Origin: Planctomycetota bacterium
GTDB lineage: Bacteria > Planctomycetota > UBA1135 > UBA2386
NCBI GenBank assembly: GCA_965228735.1
Contig: OZ245838.1
Coordinates: forward strand, 832,001-896,000
Direction of reading: 5' to 3'
Length of the DNA: 64,000 nt
Positions within the stretch are counted from its first letter, which is position 1. Every line of letters starts with the position of its first letter. Position numbers and translations under genes: made by a program. Under the pieces are notes generated by a model. That model was not told where the DNA came from, ran no database searches, and worked only from the letters and a program-made list of their open reading frames with translations. Of this stretch, positions 29,995 to 39,831 are shown in pieces.

Positions 29995-30651
29995 TCATTC
30001 CGGCATCGCGGGCCGAGCGCGTTCGAACGCGGCCCGGCGCGGCAGCGCGTCGGCGGTGTCGAGGGCCAGCAACGCGGCCACTGCCGCCCGGAGTTCGCGC
30101 GTGTCGGGTTCGGCATCGCCGGCGCGGTTCACGGCGCCGGCCCCGAGCGCCGTGGTCGCTCCCAGTCCGATCGCGAACGCCTCGTCGTCGCGCGGCACCG
30201 GGACCCGGGCGGTCAGGGCGCGATCACAGGCCGTCGCGTCCGCGCTCGCGAGCGCGCGGCAGGGCAGCGGTCGGGCGTCGTATGCCGCGCACCGGCCGGC
30301 GTCGAGCAGCGGGCATCGCAAGCCGGCGAGCCTGGGCCACGGCGTGCTCGCGGTCGCCTCGGCGGTGGAGCGCAACTGCGCTGCGACATCCGGGCGATCG
30401 GCGAGCTCCCGCGCGAGCAGCTCGGCTTCGGCGAACGTTACGCCGACGGGGAAGTGGCAGCACGCGGTGCATCCGGCGCCGCACGCGCGCGCACCGGACG
30501 ATGCCATCGCGGTGGCGTCGAGCAGCGGCTGGACTGCCGCGTGCACGGCCCGCGCCAGTTCCGCGGGTGCCGGCGTTGCCCCGGACGCCGAGCTGTCCGC
30601 GAGCGCGCGCTGCGCCGTCGCCAGCCCGCGGTAGAACTCGGTGTGCGTCAC
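29995..30651 (-). CDS. YkgJ/CxxCxxCC cysteine-cluster protein
   Basis: CGAGCTACC; CPLLDAGRCAAYDARPLPCR. Confidence 0.88.
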   Translation of the reverse strand: MTHTEFYRGLATAQRALADSSASGATPAPAELARAVHAAVQPLLDATAMASSGARACGAGCTACCHFPVGVTFAEAELLARELADRPDVAAQLRSTAEATASTPWPRLAGLRCPLLDAGRCAAYDARPLPCRALASADATACDRALTARVPVPRDDEAFAIGLGATTALGAGAVNRAGDAEPDTRELRAAVAALLALDTADALPRRAAFERARPAMPE

Positions 30652-30717
30652 GCTGGTCGACCGTAGCAGGCGCTTCGGCAGTTGACGACCTCGGGCTGGC
30701 CCGCGAACTTGGTCGCC

Positions 30718-32499
30718 ATGATTCCCGCCGCGCGCGCCGCCAGCTTCGTCCTGCCGTTCTCATGCGTCACGCCGGCCGCCGGGTTGATGACCGCCGCTCT
30801 GCTGCTGACTCTCGCCGCGGCGCTGCCGGAACGCGTCGTCGCGCAGACCCCGACCGTGAACGTATCGGGTGAGGCGATGCGGCTCGCCAGCTGGTCGGTC
30901 ACGCCGACGGGCGGCAGCAACTACGACGTCACGTTGCGGATGGCGGACGACAACAACAACGGCAGCCTGCCGAACAGCTTCCGCCGCTGGTGGCACTGCG
31001 AGATCGCGCAGATCGCACCGACCGGTGTGACCCTGACCGTCACGATCACGAACGCGGGCTACACCGACATCATCCTGCCGACGTGGGCGCGGTCGACGGA
31101 CGGCGGTCAGACGTTCACGCCCTACACGCGCATGCCGACGAGCGCCGTGCCGACGCGGCCGACGTCGACGTCGCATCGCTTCACGATCACGACGCCAGCC
31201 GGCGTCGATACGATCCGGATCGCGAAGTTCTTTCCCTACACCGTCGCGCGCAAGAACGCCTATCTCGCGAGCCTCGCGACCCACCCGCACGTGCGGTCGA
31301 TCACGACGATCGGCAACTCGGTGCTCGGTCGCCCGATCGAGATGGTCGAGATCACGGATGCGAGCGTGCCGGACTCGGGCAAGGAGCGCGTCTGGATCCA
31401 CACCGCGGTGCACCCGGCGGAGACGACGGCCTTCTTCCAGATGGAGGGCCTGATCGACTGGCTCGGTTCCAGCGATCCGGATGCGGAGGCGCTGCTCGAC
31501 CGCGTGATCTTCGACATCGTGCCGATGGCCAACCCCGACGGCGTCTGGCTCGGCAACTACCGGACGAACGCCAACTCGGTCAATCTCGAGAACGAGTGGA
31601 CCGCGCCCTACAACAGCCCGCAGCCCGAGATCGTCGCGATGCGGACGCAGATCGAGGGGTTCATGGGCACGCCGGCCGCGCCGGGCAGCAACCCGATCCG
31701 CGTCGTGCTCAACCTGCACGCGACGCACAACGTCGGGCTGCCGTTCCATTTCCGGCACACGAGCAACCCCAACTGGAGCGCTGGCGGCAACAACTCGGGC
31801 GTGATCCCGGCGGTGCACGCGCTCGAGAACGACTGGATCCAGGCCTACATGAATAGCAGCGCGTTCGTGGCGATGGGAACGACGCAGAACAGCTCGGCCG
31901 GCGCGCCGTCCCGGCCGTTCGTGGAGTCGATGATGCACGACCGTTGGTCGGCGAATCCGCAGTGGACCGGTTCGCCGGCCTTCGAGGACGAGGTGATGGC
32001 GATCACGTTCGAGGGCACGTATCGGTTCGGCCCGACGCCGGGCGTTTGGGGCACCGAAGCGGATTGGTATCAGACCGGCGTCGACATGGGGCGCGCGTTC
32101 GGCGACTACTTCGACTTCGGTCCGCTCGCGATCGGGACCTCGTACGGCAGCACCTGCATGACCGTGCTGATGAACGGGGCGCTGACGCCGTTGCCGAACG
32201 GCGATCACCGGGTCGACCTCGCGTTCGGCGGCGCGACCCCGAACGGCATCGCGTTCGTCGCCTACGGCTTCCTGCCGGCCACGACGCCGCTGCCCGCACC
32301 GTGGCAGGGCTGCCTGTCGCTCACGAGTGTGGATGCGGCCGTGCTCGTGCCCGTGTCGCCGTTCGGGGTGGGGCTGCACGACTACGTGCTGCCGTACTTC
32401 CCGGGGTTCGCGCTGCACAACCAGGTGCTGGCGCTCGGCCCGGTCGGGCCCTCGATCACGATCGATACGAGCAACGGCTTCCAGGTGCGCAACCTCTGA
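30718..32499 (+). CDS. Secreted M14-family zinc carboxypeptidase with C-terminal domain
   Basis: HPAE, NPDG, LNLH zinc-site motifs; N-terminal beta domain ending FPYT. Start 30718 or 30787. Confidence 0.85.
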   Translation: MIPAARAASFVLPFSCVTPAAGLMTAALLLTLAAALPERVVAQTPTVNVSGEAMRLASWSVTPTGGSNYDVTLRMADDNNNGSLPNSFRRWWHCEIAQIAPTGVTLTVTITNAGYTDIILPTWARSTDGGQTFTPYTRMPTSAVPTRPTSTSHRFTITTPAGVDTIRIAKFFPYTVARKNAYLASLATHPHVRSITTIGNSVLGRPIEMVEITDASVPDSGKERVWIHTAVHPAETTAFFQMEGLIDWLGSSDPDAEALLDRVIFDIVPMANPDGVWLGNYRTNANSVNLENEWTAPYNSPQPEIVAMRTQIEGFMGTPAAPGSNPIRVVLNLHATHNVGLPFHFRHTSNPNWSAGGNNSGVIPAVHALENDWIQAYMNSSAFVAMGTTQNSSAGAPSRPFVESMMHDRWSANPQWTGSPAFEDEVMAITFEGTYRFGPTPGVWGTEADWYQTGVDMGRAFGDYFDFGPLAIGTSYGSTCMTVLMNGALTPLPNGDHRVDLAFGGATPNGIAFVAYGFLPATTPLPAPWQGCLSLTSVDAAVLVPVSPFGVGLHDYVLPYFPGFALHNQVLALGPVGPSITIDTSNGFQVRNL

Positions 32500-32599
32500 C
32501 CCGGGAGCGAAGCCGCCGGCGATGCCTGGCGTATCGAAAAAGTAATCCTTCCTGAACACTGTCCGTCGATCCCCCGATCGCGGACAACCAGGGGACGAC

Positions 32600-33034
32600 A
32601 TGAAAGCCATCCACACCCTGTCGTCCCTCCTCCTCGGCCTCGCCCTCGCCGCCCCCGCGGCGGCGCAGACCTACCAGCTCACCGAAGTCGGGCCCACCTG
32701 CGGTGCCGATCTGCGCGGTCAGGTCGTCTCGTCGCCGGCTGGCAGCGGCGTCCGCCTGGGGCTGCGCAGCGTGGTCGACAACGGCCTCGCGGTCCTCGCG
32801 ATCGGCAGCCGGCGACCGACGCCGGTGCAGCTGCCGGGCGGCCAGTGCGACCTCTACGTCGACCCGCGCGCCACGCAGCTCCAGCGCACGGGGCCCCGCG
32901 GGTACGCGCGCTTCGCGTTCCGCATTCCGCCGGTCGTGCCGATCCGCATCGCGTTCCAGGCCGTCGTGCTGGATGTCCGGCCGACCGGGCTGCGCGCGGC
33001 GTCGAGTGACGTCATCATCCTGCAGGGTCAGTAG
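32600..33034 (+). CDS. Small secreted protein made only of the shared C-terminal-type domain
   Basis: GGGGA RBS; signal peptide ending AAAQ; mature VGPTCG...C.LYVD...FQAVVLD...SSD. Confidence 0.75.
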   Translation: MKAIHTLSSLLLGLALAAPAAAQTYQLTEVGPTCGADLRGQVVSSPAGSGVRLGLRSVVDNGLAVLAIGSRRPTPVQLPGGQCDLYVDPRATQLQRTGPRGYARFAFRIPPVVPIRIAFQAVVLDVRPTGLRAASSDVIILQGQ

Positions 33035-33197
33035 GGCCGCAGCGCGGAACCGACGCGCAACGGCCGGGCATCGCGCCCGGCCGGCGCGCCGTACGGCACG
33101 CGCTACGGCGCGAGGCCGCTGATTCAAGGGTTCGTTCCCGCGCCCGTCTTCGCAGTCGTGCTGCCGCGGAGCACGTGAGCCAGTATCGTGACGGGCG

Positions 33198-36188
33198 ATG
33201 ACATCCTGGTGGTTGCGCGCGTCGTCCGGTCTCCTGGCTCTCGGCTTCGGCCATGTCGGTCTGCTCGCCCAGGACGAAGAAGACGACTACGCGTTTCTGC
33301 TCGCGAGTGCGCAGAAGAAGCTGCTCGAGGGTGAGCTGTCGTCCGCGGAGGCGCGGTTCGACGAGATCCTGCTCGCGCTCGAAGAGGAGCCGGAGGAATA
33401 CCAGCCGCCGCCGGCGATCGTGAACGCGGCGCGGCTCGGGTTCGCGACGATCGAAGAACGTCGCGGCAACTACGAGCGCACGCTGCGCGACCTCGAGCGG
33501 TTGCCCGACGCGTTCCGGGTGACGCGCGAACCGCGGCTGCTGCAGGCGCGCACGCTCGCCCGGGTCGGGCGTTACGATGACGCGATCGCGGCGCTCGAGC
33601 CGCTCGCGGCCGGCGACACGGTCGACTCCGAGGTCCGGCACGAACTCGGCGCGATGCACTGGTGCAAGGGCGAACGAGCCCGCGCGCGCGAGCTGTGGAC
33701 GGCGAACACCACGGCGGACCGGCCGGCGGACGCGCGCCAGCTGACGTTCCTCGGCCGGTCGTACCATCGGCTCGGCGGGCGCGAGAACATCGAGCTCGCG
33801 AGCCGCGCGTTCGTCGAGAGCATGAAGCTCGAGAGGGCCGCGGAGAAGGCCGGCGGGCCACCGGCGCGGCCGGAAGCACGCACCAGCTACGGCATCCTCA
33901 AGTTCGAGGCGTATGGCGAGGCCGCGGGGTTCCCGAGCGGCGAGAAGGACCTCAAGAAGGTGCTCGAGGAGCACGGCGACTACGAGCCGGCGTTGCTCGC
34001 GATGTATCGCCTGCGGCGCTCCAACCAGATGCTCGATCCGAGCATCACCGAGCAGTACCTGCAGCGGGCGTTGCGGCAGAACGGCAAGTGTGTCGAGGGG
34101 CTCGTGCTGCGCGGCAGCAACATCTTCGACGATCGTCGCTTCGAGGCGGCCAAGGAGGTGTTCGACGCCGCGCTCGCGATCAACCCGAACCACAAGGAGG
34201 CGCTGGCGCATCGCGCGGCGGTCGCGTTCCTGCTCGCCGAGATGGACGACTACGCGAGGTATCGCGAACGCGCGCTCGTTGGCGACGAGGGGCAACCCGA
34301 CGTCGATCGGATCCTCGCCGATCATCTGGTCGCGCTGTATCGCTTCGCGGATGCGCTGCCGTTCTACGAGCAGGCGCTGGCCGTCGATCCGGACAACGTC
34401 GCGGCGCTGCAGGGTTCGGCCAAGGCGTTGATCTACTGCGGTGACGGCGCCGAGGCGCGCAACCGCCTCGAGTATGCCAAGGAGATCGAGCGCGGCCTCG
34501 TCGACCCGTGGCGCAACAACGCGATCGCGGCGCAGGAGCTGCTCGAGGAGGAGTACGTCACCGTGCGCAGCAAGGACGGCCAGTTCGAGCTGCGCCTGCA
34601 CCGCGATGACTCCGAGCTGCTCGCGGCCTACATGATGCCGCTCTACCTCGAGGCTGCGGAGGAGCTCGGGCGGAAGTACGGCGTGCGACCGGACGACACC
34701 GTGACGGTCGAGGTGTTCCATACGTGGGACGACTTCTCGGTCCGGACGACCGGCTTCCGCGGGTTCACGGCGCTCGGGGCGTGCTTCGGGCCGTTCATCA
34801 CGCTCGTGAGCCCGGGCGACACGGACGTGCGCCGGCAGGACTTCATGTGGGAGGCCACGGTCTGGCACGAGTTCTCGCACGTGCTGACGCTCGCCCTGAG
34901 CAAGCACCGGGTACCGCGTTGGCTCACCGAGGGGTTTGCCGTCTACGAGGAGAAGGTCCGCGACCGCACCTGGGAACGCGGCATGGATCGCGAGCTGTTC
35001 GACGCGTTCCACAACGAGGACATCCCGCCGGTCGGGTTGCTGAACCGGCTGTTCCGCGGGCCGCGCATCCTGTTCGGCTACTACCAGGGCGGGCTGATCG
35101 TGGAGCTGATCTCGAAGCGCTGGGGCTTCGACAAGGCCGTCGACATGTGCCGCGCGTTCGGCGACGACCTCGGCCTCGAGGCGGTGTGCCAGCGCGCTCT
35201 CGGCATGAGTTCGCGCGAGCTCGACCGGGCGCTGCTCGAGTTCGTCGAGCAGAAGAAGATCCGCGGGATGAAGCTCGTGCCGCGCTACGACGACGGCGCG
35301 ATCGATCGCCTGCTCGTGCGAGCGGCGCGCGACAAGTCGGACTTCGATGCGCGCATCGGGCTCGCCTGGGCGTTCGTGCAGCGCAGCAACCCCGTCGACG
35401 CGGGGCGCTGGCTCGCCGAGGTGCTGCGCGAGGATCCGAATCATGCCGGCGCGCTGCTCGTGCGGGCGCAGATGCTGTGGCAGCGCAAGGAGGTCGAGGG
35501 CGCCCTCGACTGCTGGCGCCGCGGCTTCGCGGGCGGCGCGGACGACTTCGATTCGCGCATCGCCTACGGGCGGGCGCTCGTGGCGCAGAACGACCTGAGC
35601 GGCGCCGAGGATCAGTGGCAGCGCGCGAAGGCGTGCTGGCCGAAGTGCACCGAGCAGGAGAACGCGCCGGAGCTGCTGCTCGCCCGGCTCTACCGCGACC
35701 GCAACGACCGGACGCGCGCGCAGATGGAGATGAAGACCTACTGCAACCGCACGGCGCGCGCGTTCACCCCGCGGCGCACGCTCGCGACGTTCGAGCGCGA
35801 CTCGGGCAACCGCGCGCAGGAGATCAAGTATCTCGTGGAGTGCAATCGGATCGATCCGTTCGACCGGTCGCTCCACCTCGAACTCGCAGAGGCCTACGAG
35901 GCGATCGACAAGCGGGCGCTCGCGGCGAAGGAGTACGAGATGGCGGCCGCGGTGCCGCCGCAGCTCGATCGGCAATACTTGCGCCCGGACCGGACGGCGC
36001 CCGCATCCAACGCGCCCGCGGAGCTCGCCGAGCGCGGCAGCTTGTGGTTGCGTGCGGCACAGCTGCGCTACTCCATCGGCGATCGCGAGCGGGCGCGCGC
36101 GCTGTTGCAACGGATTCGGAAGGAGGCGGCCGGTTCGGATGCGGCGGCGACGGCAATGGAATTGGAACGCGAGTGGGCTGGCGGTTAA
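33198..36188 (+). CDS. TPR-repeat protein with peptidase MA-like metallopeptidase domain
   Basis: Signal peptide; many TPRs; WHEFSH and PRWLTEG zinc motifs. Confidence 0.85.
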   Translation: MTSWWLRASSGLLALGFGHVGLLAQDEEDDYAFLLASAQKKLLEGELSSAEARFDEILLALEEEPEEYQPPPAIVNAARLGFATIEERRGNYERTLRDLERLPDAFRVTREPRLLQARTLARVGRYDDAIAALEPLAAGDTVDSEVRHELGAMHWCKGERARARELWTANTTADRPADARQLTFLGRSYHRLGGRENIELASRAFVESMKLERAAEKAGGPPARPEARTSYGILKFEAYGEAAGFPSGEKDLKKVLEEHGDYEPALLAMYRLRRSNQMLDPSITEQYLQRALRQNGKCVEGLVLRGSNIFDDRRFEAAKEVFDAALAINPNHKEALAHRAAVAFLLAEMDDYARYRERALVGDEGQPDVDRILADHLVALYRFADALPFYEQALAVDPDNVAALQGSAKALIYCGDGAEARNRLEYAKEIERGLVDPWRNNAIAAQELLEEEYVTVRSKDGQFELRLHRDDSELLAAYMMPLYLEAAEELGRKYGVRPDDTVTVEVFHTWDDFSVRTTGFRGFTALGACFGPFITLVSPGDTDVRRQDFMWEATVWHEFSHVLTLALSKHRVPRWLTEGFAVYEEKVRDRTWERGMDRELFDAFHNEDIPPVGLLNRLFRGPRILFGYYQGGLIVELISKRWGFDKAVDMCRAFGDDLGLEAVCQRALGMSSRELDRALLEFVEQKKIRGMKLVPRYDDGAIDRLLVRAARDKSDFDARIGLAWAFVQRSNPVDAGRWLAEVLREDPNHAGALLVRAQMLWQRKEVEGALDCWRRGFAGGADDFDSRIAYGRALVAQNDLSGAEDQWQRAKACWPKCTEQENAPELLLARLYRDRNDRTRAQMEMKTYCNRTARAFTPRRTLATFERDSGNRAQEIKYLVECNRIDPFDRSLHLELAEAYEAIDKRALAAKEYEMAAAVPPQLDRQYLRPDRTAPASNAPAELAERGSLWLRAAQLRYSIGDRERARALLQRIRKEAAGSDAAATAMELEREWAGG

Positions 36189-36203
36189 CTTGCGCGGTCC
36201 ACC

Positions 36204-37415
36204 ATGCTGGCCGTCGTCACCGAGAGTTGGGAGCGCGTGCAGGACGCGGTGCGCAAGCGCGCCGGCGACGCAGCGTACGACTCCTGGCTGAGCCAGCTCT
36301 CGCCCGTGTCGATGGAGCGCGGCACGGTCTACTTCGAGGCCGAGACCCGCTTCGTCGCGGACCGCGTGCGCGCGCTCTACCGGCCGCTGTTGCAGGAAGT
36401 GCTGTCGGCCGAGATCGGCACCCAGGTCCTCGTCGAGATCCAGTGGCGCGAGTCCGGCCGGTTCGACGAGCTCGACGTGTCGCCGCAGCGCCCGATCGTC
36501 GACGACAGCAATCGCCTCGCGTGGCTGGTGCTCAACAACCTGCGCGAGGCCGGCAAAGAGAACGGCAAGCCGCTGCCGGCGACGGTGTTCTTCTTCCACG
36601 GCGCCGAGGGTGTCGGCAAGACGTTCCTGCTGCGCTGGTATCGCCAGCAGGCCCGCTGTGAGCTGCTATGGTTCGAACTCGCGACGCTGCTCAAGGCGTT
36701 CCAGGCATCGCACAAGGAGAAGCGGGTCGCCGGGCTCGAGGAAGAGCTCATCGCGCCGCATCTGCTCGTGCTCGACGAGTTCCATCGCACGGCCGGCAAG
36801 CGCGGGCTGCAGCAGTTTCTCGTTCGCGTCCTCGAGGCCCGGGACCGTCTGCAGCGCCCGACCATCCTGGCCTCGCGCTGGCATCCGCACGACATCCGTG
36901 ACCTCGACGATACGCTGAGCACGAGATGCCTGGCGGGCTTCGTGGCTCAGATCGAGCGTCCTGGCCCGCTCGCGCGGCTGCGGTACCTGCGCGCGCTCGA
37001 GGGCGCGCCGTCGCGCAACGGCCGCGCGGGCGCTGTCGAGTCGATCGCGCGGCAGGTCGAGGGCACGTACCCGCAGCTGCGGTCGGCCTGGGCCGAGGGC
37101 AAGAATGGCGCGCCGCCGTCGCGTTACCTCGAGCTCATCGATCCGGGCCGGGTCTTCCAGCGCACACGCGACCGCGTGGCGGCGCAGTTCGCCGTGTCCG
37201 CGGACGAACTGCTCGGCAAGAGCCAGAGTCGTTCCGTGAGCCGGGCCCGCAAAGTGCTCGCGCTGCTCTGCCTCGAGCAGGGGCTGAGCGGCGGCGAGGT
37301 CGGGCGCTTCCTCGGCGGCCGCACGCGGGCGGCCGTGAGCTACATGGTGCGGTCGCTGCAGACCGAGATGGCGCGTTCGGCCGAGCTGCGGTCCGTCATC
37401 GAAGGCCTGCTGTGA
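36204..37415 (+). CDS. Divergent DnaA-like AAA+ protein
   Basis: Domain-I-like start (WERV...YDSWL); Walker A GAEGVGKT; LLVLDE; L.TR..AG box VII; domain-IV-like C-terminus. Confidence 0.8.
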   Translation: MLAVVTESWERVQDAVRKRAGDAAYDSWLSQLSPVSMERGTVYFEAETRFVADRVRALYRPLLQEVLSAEIGTQVLVEIQWRESGRFDELDVSPQRPIVDDSNRLAWLVLNNLREAGKENGKPLPATVFFFHGAEGVGKTFLLRWYRQQARCELLWFELATLLKAFQASHKEKRVAGLEEELIAPHLLVLDEFHRTAGKRGLQQFLVRVLEARDRLQRPTILASRWHPHDIRDLDDTLSTRCLAGFVAQIERPGPLARLRYLRALEGAPSRNGRAGAVESIARQVEGTYPQLRSAWAEGKNGAPPSRYLELIDPGRVFQRTRDRVAAQFAVSADELLGKSQSRSVSRARKVLALLCLEQGLSGGEVGRFLGGRTRAAVSYMVRSLQTEMARSAELRSVIEGLL

Positions 37416-37440
37416 CGCGTCGGCCGGCGAGGGGCGCGTC

Positions 37441-38064
37441 GTGAGCCGCGGCGCTTACTTCGTGCTCGAAGGGGGCGACGGCTGCGGCAAGAGTTCGCAG
37501 GCCCGCGCCCTGTGCGACTGGCTCGAAGGCGAGGGCCGGGCGCCGCTGCACGTGCGCGAGCCCGGATCGACGCCCGTGGGCGAGGCCTTGCGGCAGCTGC
37601 TCCTGTCGCCCGAGACCGGCGCGTTGCGGCCGGTCAGCGAGGCGCTGTTGTTCTTCGCGGCGCGGGCCGAGCTCGTGAGCGAAGTCATCGGGCCGGCGGT
37701 GGACGCGGGCCGCGTCGTCGTGGCCGAACGGTCTTACCTGTCGACCGTCGTCTACCAGGGCTACGCCGGCGACGGGTCGGTTGCCGTCGACTGGCTGTTC
37801 GAGCTCGCCGAACGCGTGCACGGCGACTACCTGCCGGATCGTATCTTCGTGCTCGACGTCCCGGCGGCGGTCGGGGATCGCCGGCGGTCGAGTCGCACCG
37901 CGGATCGCATCGAGACGCGCGGGGCCGACTATCACGAACGGGTACGAGAAGGCTTTCGCGTCGCAGCGACGCGCGATGCCCGCGTCGAACTCGTCGACGC
38001 CACCGCGTCGTTCGAGGAAGTGCGCGGTGCGCTGCAGGCGCGTTTGCTGGAGGTGCTCGCGTGA
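37441..38064 (+). CDS. tmk: Thymidylate kinase
   Basis: EGGDGCGKSSQ, REPG, LFFAAR, ERSYLSTVVYQG, DRIE. Confidence 0.95.
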   Translation: MSRGAYFVLEGGDGCGKSSQARALCDWLEGEGRAPLHVREPGSTPVGEALRQLLLSPETGALRPVSEALLFFAARAELVSEVIGPAVDAGRVVVAERSYLSTVVYQGYAGDGSVAVDWLFELAERVHGDYLPDRIFVLDVPAAVGDRRRSSRTADRIETRGADYHERVREGFRVAATRDARVELVDATASFEEVRGALQARLLEVLA

Positions 38065-39098
38065 GTGGCGACGAACGCGATGACGAGGACGTCGGCAGCG
38101 CGCGTCTCGTCATGCCGCTCGGCCAGGGCGACGCATTGGCCGCGTGGCTGCGGCAGGCGCGGGCGGGCACGTTGCCGCACGCGATGATCGTGGAAGGGGC
38201 GCGGGGCGTCGGCAAGTCCGTCGTTCTTCGTTGGCTCGCCGCGGCGCTGTTGTGTCCGTCGGAGCTCGACACCGAAGGGCCGTGTGGCGTGTGTCGCACC
38301 TGCACGCGCATCGCGAACGCGCAGCACCCCGATCTGCACATCGTCGACCGGGCGCACGACGAGAAGGATCGCAAGAGCAACGACAAGAGCTTCTACGTGA
38401 TCAAGGTCGATCAGGTGCGTCGCGCGCAGGACGCGCTTTCGCGGCACGCGGTCGAGGGCGGGGCGCGCGTGTTGCTCATCGAGGACGCGGACTGCACGGA
38501 AGAGGCGGCACAGAACGCGTTGCTCAAGACGCTCGAGGAGCCCGGGATCGCGACGTTCCTGTTGCTCGAGGCGCGCCGGCCCGAGCGGCTCGCGGAGACG
38601 GTCCGGTCGCGGGCCCAGCGCCTGCGCGTTCTGCCGCTCCAGGACGCGGCGCTGCGGCGGCAGCTGGAAAAAAAAGTCAGCGGCAAGATCGACCTCGACC
38701 GCGCCGTAGCCGTGGCGCACGGGTCGCTCGGCCAGGCCCTCGCCGCGACGACCGAACAGGCGGTACAGCTCCACGATCTCGTGCGCGCGCTGCTGTCGAG
38801 CGCCAAGGGATTGCGGCCCATCACCACGGCGCGCGCCGTGCTCCAGGGGCAGAAGGACCGCCGCTCGGAGCTGCAGGCGGCGCGGTCGTTCCTCTGGCTG
38901 CTGCGCGCGGAGCTGCGGGCCACGAGCCAGCGGGTTGCAGAGGGGAATGACCCCGCCTACGGTGCCGGACCGCCAGAACCATGGACTACGTGGCTCGAAC
39001 TCACGCTCGCTGCAGAGCAGGACTTGGATCTCATGATCCCGCCGGAGCAGGTGCTCGCGGCGTGTCTGCTCGGGTTCGATTCCGCGACATCCGGTTGA
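38061..39098 (+). CDS. holB: DNA polymerase III subunit delta'
   Basis: GTGA overlap with tmk; LPHA, zinc motif C...PCGVCRTC, HPD, NALLKTLEEP, TVRSR. Confidence 0.92.
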   Translation: MSGDERDDEDVGSARLVMPLGQGDALAAWLRQARAGTLPHAMIVEGARGVGKSVVLRWLAAALLCPSELDTEGPCGVCRTCTRIANAQHPDLHIVDRAHDEKDRKSNDKSFYVIKVDQVRRAQDALSRHAVEGGARVLLIEDADCTEEAAQNALLKTLEEPGIATFLLLEARRPERLAETVRSRAQRLRVLPLQDAALRRQLEKKVSGKIDLDRAVAVAHGSLGQALAATTEQAVQLHDLVRALLSSAKGLRPITTARAVLQGQKDRRSELQAARSFLWLLRAELRATSQRVAEGNDPAYGAGPPEPWTTWLELTLAAEQDLDLMIPPEQVLAACLLGFDSATSG

Positions 39099-39233
39099 TG
39101 GCGGTTGCAGTTGGGGGAGCGCACGCGGTCGGTCAACCGCTCGCGCTCAAGGGCGGTTCCATTTCGGTCGATACGTTGTTTGCCCGCCGAGGCGGCGGGT
39201 GGACGGCAGTTCGCGCTCGGAGGAACCGTAGAG

Positions 39234-39677
39234 ATGGCTTCGTCTGACCAAGATCTTCTCGAAGACAAGATCCAGAACGTTCGGCAGCGCGATCGTCGCT
39301 ATTCGCGCAACGCCTACTACTTCGTGCTCGACGCGCTCGACTACACGATGACCCACCTCGGCCGTGATCAGCTCACGGGCGAGGATCGGCACGTCGGTGG
39401 TCGCGAACTGATGGCCGGAGTGCGCGAGTACGCCGCCGACCAGTTCGGCCCGATGGCGGACACCGTGTTCGAGCGCTGGGGCATCGACGGCAGTGCTGAC
39501 TTCGGCGAGATCGTCTTCAACCTGGTCGACGCCGAACTGCTGAGTCGCCGCGCGACGGACTCGCGCCTCGACTTCAGCGACAGCATCGACTTCCGCGACG
39601 AGTTCCAGCAGCGCCACCGCGAGTCGCTGGATCGCATCGCGTCGACCCGCCAACCGAGCGGCCAGCCCAGCAGCTAG
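39234..39677 (+). CDS. Minf_1886-like (PVC-type) conserved protein
   Basis: D.RY...AYYFVLDAL, RHVGGREL, FGPMA..VFERWGI..SADFGEIVFNLV; GGAGG upstream. Confidence 0.85.
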   Translation: MASSDQDLLEDKIQNVRQRDRRYSRNAYYFVLDALDYTMTHLGRDQLTGEDRHVGGRELMAGVREYAADQFGPMADTVFERWGIDGSADFGEIVFNLVDAELLSRRATDSRLDFSDSIDFRDEFQQRHRESLDRIASTRQPSGQPSS

Positions 39678-39831
39678 CCGCACCGTACCCGGTCCAAACC
39701 GCAAGCGAGCCCGCGCCCGGCGAAGCCGAACGCGGGCTCTCTCATTGTCAGGGGTGGGTAGCGCGCGGGTTTCCCTGGCCGCCGGCGCCGGCGCCGCGGT
39801 TCAATGGCTGGAGTTCTCGAGAGAAGACTCC

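Noticed and set aside
36189..37440. Replication origin next to the dnaA-like gene
   Set aside because: Flanking gaps are only 15 and 25 bp, with no AT-rich element or TTATCCACA boxes seen.
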